Source: Flavobacteriaceae bacterium (lineage in GTDB: Bacteria > Bacteroidota > Bacteroidia > Flavobacteriales > Flavobacteriaceae). From it: 64,000 nt of DNA. Shown in pieces: positions 58,812 through 64,000 of this stretch. A program made the position numbers and the translations under genes. Numbering within the stretch: the stretch's first letter is position 1; each line of letters begins with the position of its first letter. The DNA lies in NCBI GenBank assembly GCA_029246125.1, contig JAQWNZ010000057.1, positions 3,804-67,803 of the forward strand, given 5' to 3'. The notes below the pieces were generated by a model that saw nothing but the letters and a program-made list of their open reading frames with translations, did no database searches and was not told the DNA's origin.

Positions 58812-61061
58812 ATGAAAATCATAAAAACATCAATTGGAAGACGCTCTTTTATAAAAAGAACCACTCTTGCTGGAGGCGGAATAATGCTAAGTTTTAATTG
58901 GCTTACCTCATGTGATATGACACCAAATCAAGTAAAATCATTACCTAAAGAGTGGTTTAAAATTAATGGTTTTTTAAAAATTGGTGAAAATGGTTTAATT
59001 ACAATAATGTCTCCAAACCCGGAAATTGGTCAAAACATAAAAACATCAATGCCTATGATTGTAGCTGAAGAATTAGATGCTAATTGGGACGATGTAATTG
59101 TAGAACAGGCACCACTGGATACTTCTATTTTCAAAAGACAAATAGCTGGTGGAAGTCAATCCATCCGTCAAGGATGGAACAGTCTGAGAATGGCTGGTGC
59201 TACTGCAAAGGCAATGTTGGTTGCTGCTGCAGCTCAAACTTGGGGTGTTAGTAAAAATGAAATTACTACTAGTAATGGAGAGCTTTTTCACAAAGCTTCT
59301 GGTAAGAAATCAGGTTTTGGATCAATGGCTTCCTTAGCATCTAAAATGGATATTCCTAAAGAGGTATTTCTTAAAGAAATCTCGGATTTTAAAATTATTG
59401 GGACTTCTAGAAAAAATGTAGATGGGTCAAAAATAATTACTGGAAAGCCTCTTTATGGATTAGATTACTCAGTGGATGAAATGTTAATTGCCATGATTGT
59501 TCATCCACCTGCCTTTGGAATGCAATTTAAATCGATGAACACTAGTAAAATCAAAAATATGCCAGGTATAAAAGATGTATTTTCGATAAAAACACAGTTG
59601 CAAGACTATTCAAAACAATGGTGTGATATAGACTCGTTTAATGAAATTGCCGTTATAGTTGGTGAAACCACATGGCAAGTAATGAAAGCTAAAAAAGAAC
59701 TTCAAGTAGAATGGGAAGTAGCTCCTGAAAAAACTGAAAAAGTTCAGGGCTGGTCAGGTGAATTTACTAATACAATTCCAGAGGGCTTAGAAAATACTTC
59801 AGATCATATGAAAATGATGGCCTCCATGGACAATAAAAAAACACAAATAGTTCGTCAAGATGGAAACCCGGGAGCCATGTTCAAAAAAGCAGCTAAAATT
59901 ATTGAAAGAACATACACCTGCCCCTATCTGGCCCACAACACTATGGAGCCTATGAACTTTTTTGCTGATGTCACAGATGAAAATGCTATTTTGGTTGGTC
60001 CAATTCAAACTCCAGAGGCTATGGAAAAAAGTGTTTCTAGCCGACTTAAAATGCCATTAGAAAAAATTGATATTCAAATGACTCGAATGGGTGGTGGATT
60101 TGGACGAAGATTATACGGTCACTTCCTAACCGAAGCTGCTGTAATATCGAAAACCATGAAATCTCCAATAAAATTAATCTATACAAGAGAAGACGATATA
60201 ACCCAGGGCACTTATCGCCCTACATATAGAGCTACTTATAGAGCAGCTTTAGATGAAAAGAATAATTTAATTGCTTTTCACGTAAAAGCTGGAGGAATTC
60301 CCGAAAGCCCCCTAGCAGCAAATAGGTTTCCAGCAGGAGCAGTTGATCATTATTTGGCAGAATCATGGGAATTAAAATCAAATATCTCTGTAGGGGCTTT
60401 CAGAGCACCTCGCTCAAATTTTATTGCTGGAGCTGAACAATCCTTTCTTGATGAAGTGGCTGAAATCGCTAAAAAGGATCCTATTCAATTCAGACTAGAT
60501 CTATTACAAAAAGCAAAGGAAAATCCTGTTGGCAAGAATAATGACTATGATGCATCTCGATATGCAGGTGTTCTTGAATTAGTTAGAGAAAAGTCTAATT
60601 GGGTTAATCCGCCAGAGGGAATTCACAGAGGAGTTTCAGCTTATTTTTGTCATAATTCATATGTTGCAAATGTTTTAGACATCAAAATTCAAAACGGTAA
60701 TCCGATTGTCGATAAAATTTATTGTACAGTTGATTGTGGTATTGTAGTTAATCCTGATGCTGCAAGAAATTTATCAGAAGGGGGACTTATTGACGGAATT
60801 GGGCATGCACTTTATAGTTCAATGAGTTTCAAAGATGGTAGGCCAGAGCAACAAAATTTTGATACCTATAGACTAATTAGACATTCTGAAGCACCAAAAA
60901 AAATTCAAGTAGATTTTGTTAAAAATGATATTGCACCTACTGGTTTGGGTGAACCTACTTTCCCTCCAGTAATTGGAGCTCTCGCTAATGCACTTTATCG
61001 TGCCTCAGGAAGAAGATATTATAATCAACCTTTTATCACCGATAAACAAATAGTTGGATAA
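58812..61061 (+). CDS. molybdopterin-binding large subunit of an aldehyde/isoquinoline oxidoreductase-type enzyme (IorB-like), Tat signal
   Basis: Twin-arginine signal GRRSFIKRTTLAGGGIML. 749 aa with xanthine dehydrogenase-family Moco domains (GGGFGRR). Confidence 0.87.
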   Translation: MKIIKTSIGRRSFIKRTTLAGGGIMLSFNWLTSCDMTPNQVKSLPKEWFKINGFLKIGENGLITIMSPNPEIGQNIKTSMPMIVAEELDANWDDVIVEQAPLDTSIFKRQIAGGSQSIRQGWNSLRMAGATAKAMLVAAAAQTWGVSKNEITTSNGELFHKASGKKSGFGSMASLASKMDIPKEVFLKEISDFKIIGTSRKNVDGSKIITGKPLYGLDYSVDEMLIAMIVHPPAFGMQFKSMNTSKIKNMPGIKDVFSIKTQLQDYSKQWCDIDSFNEIAVIVGETTWQVMKAKKELQVEWEVAPEKTEKVQGWSGEFTNTIPEGLENTSDHMKMMASMDNKKTQIVRQDGNPGAMFKKAAKIIERTYTCPYLAHNTMEPMNFFADVTDENAILVGPIQTPEAMEKSVSSRLKMPLEKIDIQMTRMGGGFGRRLYGHFLTEAAVISKTMKSPIKLIYTREDDITQGTYRPTYRATYRAALDEKNNLIAFHVKAGGIPESPLAANRFPAGAVDHYLAESWELKSNISVGAFRAPRSNFIAGAEQSFLDEVAEIAKKDPIQFRLDLLQKAKENPVGKNNDYDASRYAGVLELVREKSNWVNPPEGIHRGVSAYFCHNSYVANVLDIKIQNGNPIVDKIYCTVDCGIVVNPDAARNLSEGGLIDGIGHALYSSMSFKDGRPEQQNFDTYRLIRHSEAPKKIQVDFVKNDIAPTGLGEPTFPPVIGALANALYRASGRRYYNQPFITDKQIVG

Positions 61062-61129
61062 AACATTTATTTGATGTAATATTTAGACAGAGATTTATTA
61101 AGTAGGATCAATGTTTAAATTATTTATTC

Positions 61130-62320
61130 ATGATAACAGTAGAAGAAGCACTTGCTTTAGTATTAGAAAATAGCTTTCCTCTAGAGGAATCAGAAATACT
61201 TCCAATCAACCAATGTCTTAATAGAAATTTGGCAAAAGCTGTTAAAGCCCCTATTGATCTGCCAAGTTTTAGGCTGTCTTCTATGGATGGATATGCATTG
61301 TGCTTGCATCAATCAAACATCTATTCAATTGTTGATGAGATTAAAGCTGGTGATGCCACAAACCCTTCTCTTAAGATCGGTGAATGTGTACGTATTTTTA
61401 CAGGAGCTGTAGTTCCTGATAATGCAGATGCCGTAATAATGCAGGAGAAAACGATTCGTAAGCAGGATACACTTACAATTGAAACTCCAGTCAATAAGGG
61501 GCAAAATATCCGCCTTGTAGGATCTCAAGTTAAAAAAGAAGACTTTCCACTTGAAAAAGGACAACTTCTTCAAGCCTCAGGTTTGGCTTTTTTAAAAAGC
61601 TTAGGAATAGACGAGGTGGAAGTGGTGCGATTACCCAAAGTGACTATAATTATAACTGGTAATGAACTTATTCCTTCATCTGAAAAACTCACAAGAGGAA
61701 AAATTTATGAGAGCAATAGTATATTACTTCAATCAGCTTTGATCCATCAAGGAATAGAAACCCAACTTATTTCCTTTACAGAAGACAGTTTAAAAGCAAC
61801 TACTACTAATCTTAAAAAAGCTTTTTTTAATACTGATGTGGTATTAGTTTCAGGGGGGATTTCCGTAGGGGATTATGATTTTGTAAAACAGGCCTTAAAA
61901 GAATTAGAAGTCAAAGAAATTTTTTATAAGGTCAGACAACGTCCAGGAAAACCTTTATTTTTTGGAAAGAAAGAACGAGTCTTTGTTTTTGCTCTCCCTG
62001 GAAATCCTGCCTCTACGCTGAGTTGTTTTTATGTATACGTTCTTCCCTTACTTAACAGATTAAAAGGGGGTAAAAGTGATGGTCTGATTCGTTTATCTAT
62101 ACCTATTGAACATGATTTTAAATCTGTTGAACCTAGAGCACTCTTTTTAAAAGCAACTGTTCAAAATAAAACTGTCCGTATTTTGGATAGGCAGCATTCC
62201 TCTATGTTGGTAAGTTTTGCAATGGCCAATGCACTGGTCTATATTCCTGAGCAGGATATTCTATTAAAAAAAGGGTCAATGGTTGAAACATTACTTCTAC
62301 CCAACTCAATCTTAAACTAA
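61130..62320 (+). CDS. moeA: molybdopterin molybdotransferase
   Basis: SSMDGYAL, GAVVPDNADAVIMQE, MoCF-biosynthesis domain SGGISVGDYDF, LPGNPAS. Confidence 0.9.
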   Translation: MITVEEALALVLENSFPLEESEILPINQCLNRNLAKAVKAPIDLPSFRLSSMDGYALCLHQSNIYSIVDEIKAGDATNPSLKIGECVRIFTGAVVPDNADAVIMQEKTIRKQDTLTIETPVNKGQNIRLVGSQVKKEDFPLEKGQLLQASGLAFLKSLGIDEVEVVRLPKVTIIITGNELIPSSEKLTRGKIYESNSILLQSALIHQGIETQLISFTEDSLKATTTNLKKAFFNTDVVLVSGGISVGDYDFVKQALKELEVKEIFYKVRQRPGKPLFFGKKERVFVFALPGNPASTLSCFYVYVLPLLNRLKGGKSDGLIRLSIPIEHDFKSVEPRALFLKATVQNKTVRILDRQHSSMLVSFAMANALVYIPEQDILLKKGSMVETLLLPNSILN

Positions 62321-62323
62321 AAA

Positions 62324-63064
62324 ATGATTATAATCAGCGAATCCTATTTATTTTATCTACTTATACCTATGGTTGCGTTTTTATACTCTACTGTTGGACA
62401 CGGCGGTGCAAGTGGATATTTAGCGTTAATGGCTATCTTTTCATTTCCTAGTGTTATGATGAAACAAACTGCACTATTACTCAATTTATTTGTCGCTGGG
62501 ATTGCATTCTATCAATACTTCAAAGCAGGACATTTTAACAAACACCTTTTTTTATATTTTGCCTTAGGCTCAATACCTGCTGCATTTATTGGAGGACTCT
62601 TGTCCTTGGACCCTTCATTATATAATAAATTTTTAGGGCTTATTTTATTTTTTGCTATCGCAAGAATGCTATTTAAAAAAGAGACTTCTGATCTAAAAAC
62701 TAAAAAAATACCCGTGCTACTTGCTTTGTTAATAGGCGTCATTATTGGATTTTTATCAGGCTTAATTGGAATAGGGGGTGGGATCATTCTCACCCCAGTC
62801 ATTTTATTATTTCATTGGGGCAAAATGAAAGAAGCAGCTGCTGTATCAGCCTTATTTATATGGGTGAATTCTGCCTCTGGATTTCTGGGGCAACTATTAA
62901 GTGGAATAAATATTAATACTAATTCTTTTATTTTGGTCAGCTTAGCATTCGCAGGTGGATTTTTAGGAAGTTACTATGGAAGTCAACAATGGAAAAACAG
63001 ACGGTTAGAATATTTTCTAGCCTTGGTGTTGGCCTCAGCTGGAATTAAGCTTATATTGTTTTGA
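62324..63064 (+). CDS. TauE/SafE-family anion permease
   Basis: 246 aa with about 7-8 TM segments and duplicated GxGGGxxxxP-type motifs (VGHGGASGY, GIGGGIILTPV). Confidence 0.8.
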   Translation: MIIISESYLFYLLIPMVAFLYSTVGHGGASGYLALMAIFSFPSVMMKQTALLLNLFVAGIAFYQYFKAGHFNKHLFLYFALGSIPAAFIGGLLSLDPSLYNKFLGLILFFAIARMLFKKETSDLKTKKIPVLLALLIGVIIGFLSGLIGIGGGIILTPVILLFHWGKMKEAAAVSALFIWVNSASGFLGQLLSGININTNSFILVSLAFAGGFLGSYYGSQQWKNRRLEYFLALVLASAGIKLILF

Positions 63065-63065
63065 T

Positions 63066-63299
63066 ATGGAAATGAAGCTACGTTATTTCGGACAATTGCA
63101 AGAAGCAACCGGAAAAAAAGAAGAAGTTTTAACTGATTCATTTGAGTCTCTTGGGAACTTGAGGAATTTTTTATTGAAACAATATCCAAAACTCAATCAT
63201 GTGCATTTTAAAATGGCTCAAAACAATAAAATCGATATTGATTCAAGTCCATTAAGTGGAAATCTTATCGATTTATTACCCCCTTTTTCTGGAGGATGA
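63066..63299 (+). CDS. moaD: molybdopterin synthase sulfur carrier subunit
   Basis: 77-aa ubiquitin-like protein ending in ...PPFSGG. Confidence 0.85.
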   Translation: MEMKLRYFGQLQEATGKKEEVLTDSFESLGNLRNFLLKQYPKLNHVHFKMAQNNKIDIDSSPLSGNLIDLLPPFSGG

Positions 63300-63301
63300 T
63301 T

Positions 63302-64000
63302 ATGGAAACTCGTTATCAAAGACATATACAGCTCAGTGAAATAGGCCCAAACGGTCAGGAAAAAATTAAAAAGGCTAAAATTCTTGTTATTGGTGCAGGT
63401 GGTTTGGGCTGCCCAGCCCTTCAATATTTGACTGCTGCAGGTGTTGGCACTCTGGGTATAATGGATCCTGACCATATTAGTATTTCAAATCTTCAACGTC
63501 AAATTCTTTTTAATGAAAACGATCTAGGGAAAAATAAAGTTTTAAGAGCTAAAAAATATTTAAAAACCTTAAATCCTGATGTGAAAGTGCTTACATTTCC
63601 TTTTGCTTTAACACATGAAAACGCTGAGCAATATATATCCGTTTTTGATATTATAATAGACGGAACAGATAACTTTTACACCCGCTATTTAATCAGTGAT
63701 TTGTGTGTTTTACTTAATAAAGTCATGATCTATGGGGCTTTATATAAATTTGAAGGTCAAGTTTCTGTTTTCAATTACAACAACGGTCCTAGCTACCGCT
63801 GCCTATTCCCTTATCCACCTCAAGTCGGAGAAATTCCAAACTGTAGTGAGGTTGGTATACTAGGAGTAGTGCCAGGAATCATTGGAGTCTATCAAGCGAC
63901 TGAAGCCATCAAAGTTATTTTAGGATTAGGGGAAGTCCTTAGTGGTAAATTACTTTGTGTAAATCTATTAAGTCATCAAAACACTCTTTTAGATTTTGAA
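63302..64000 (+). CDS. moeB: HesA/MoeB/ThiF-family adenylyltransferase (3' end lies outside the window)
   Basis: Not in the ORF track (no stop inside the window). My translation from ATG 63302: METRYQRHIQLSEIGPNGQEKIKKAKILVIGAGGLGCPALQYLTAAGVGTLGIMDPD...SNLQRQILF. The frame stays open to 64000. Confidence 0.88.
   Translation, partial: METRYQRHIQLSEIGPNGQEKIKKAKILVIGAGGLGCPALQYLTAAGVGTLGIMDPDHISISNLQRQILFNENDLGKNKVLRAKKYLKTLNPDVKVLTFPFALTHENAEQYISVFDIIIDGTDNFYTRYLISDLCVLLNKVMIYGALYKFEGQVSVFNYNNGPSYRCLFPYPPQVGEIPNCSEVGILGVVPGIIGVYQATEAIKVILGLGEVLSGKLLCVNLLSHQNTLLDFE

Overview
AT-rich (roughly one-third G+C by eye), very gene-dense chromosomal core segment. It looks like a marine Flavobacteriia (Bacteroidota) genome: Na+-NQR operon, GldA, a DUF5103/T9SS-plug-like protein, DUF1573, no Shine-Dalgarno sequences, and recurrent TTG...TAnnTTTG promoter boxes. 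I can support about 65 protein-coding genes. They cover housekeeping functions (ftsH, valS, murB, gpmI, map, thyA, folA, fabD and others), the complete nqrABCDEF operon plus apbE, a pheA-aminotransferase-tyrA-DAHP synthase/chorismate mutase operon, a metK-metY-metX-osmC operon, a membrane pyrophosphatase, a small Stealth/glycosyltransferase/DegT sugar cluster, and a molybdoenzyme plus Moco-biosynthesis cluster (moeA-tauE-moaD-moeB). I see no rRNA, tRNA, CRISPR array, IS element, prophage or obvious defence island, and no convincing large novel gene system. The points most worth a second look are cis-regulatory or small. (1) A Tyr/Phe-rich 23-codon leader ORF with promoter and terminator/antiterminator lies in front of the aromatic operon. 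(2) An H-type pseudoknot leader, a SAM-riboswitch candidate of unassigned class, precedes metK. (3) gldA is split by a -1 frameshift in an A8 run. (4) An uncharacterised 119-aa ORF sits between nqrF and apbE. (5) The NqrB flavinylation motif reads SGET, not SGAT. Several track ORFs carry spurious N-terminal extensions, which I trimmed using promoter boxes and family N-termini.
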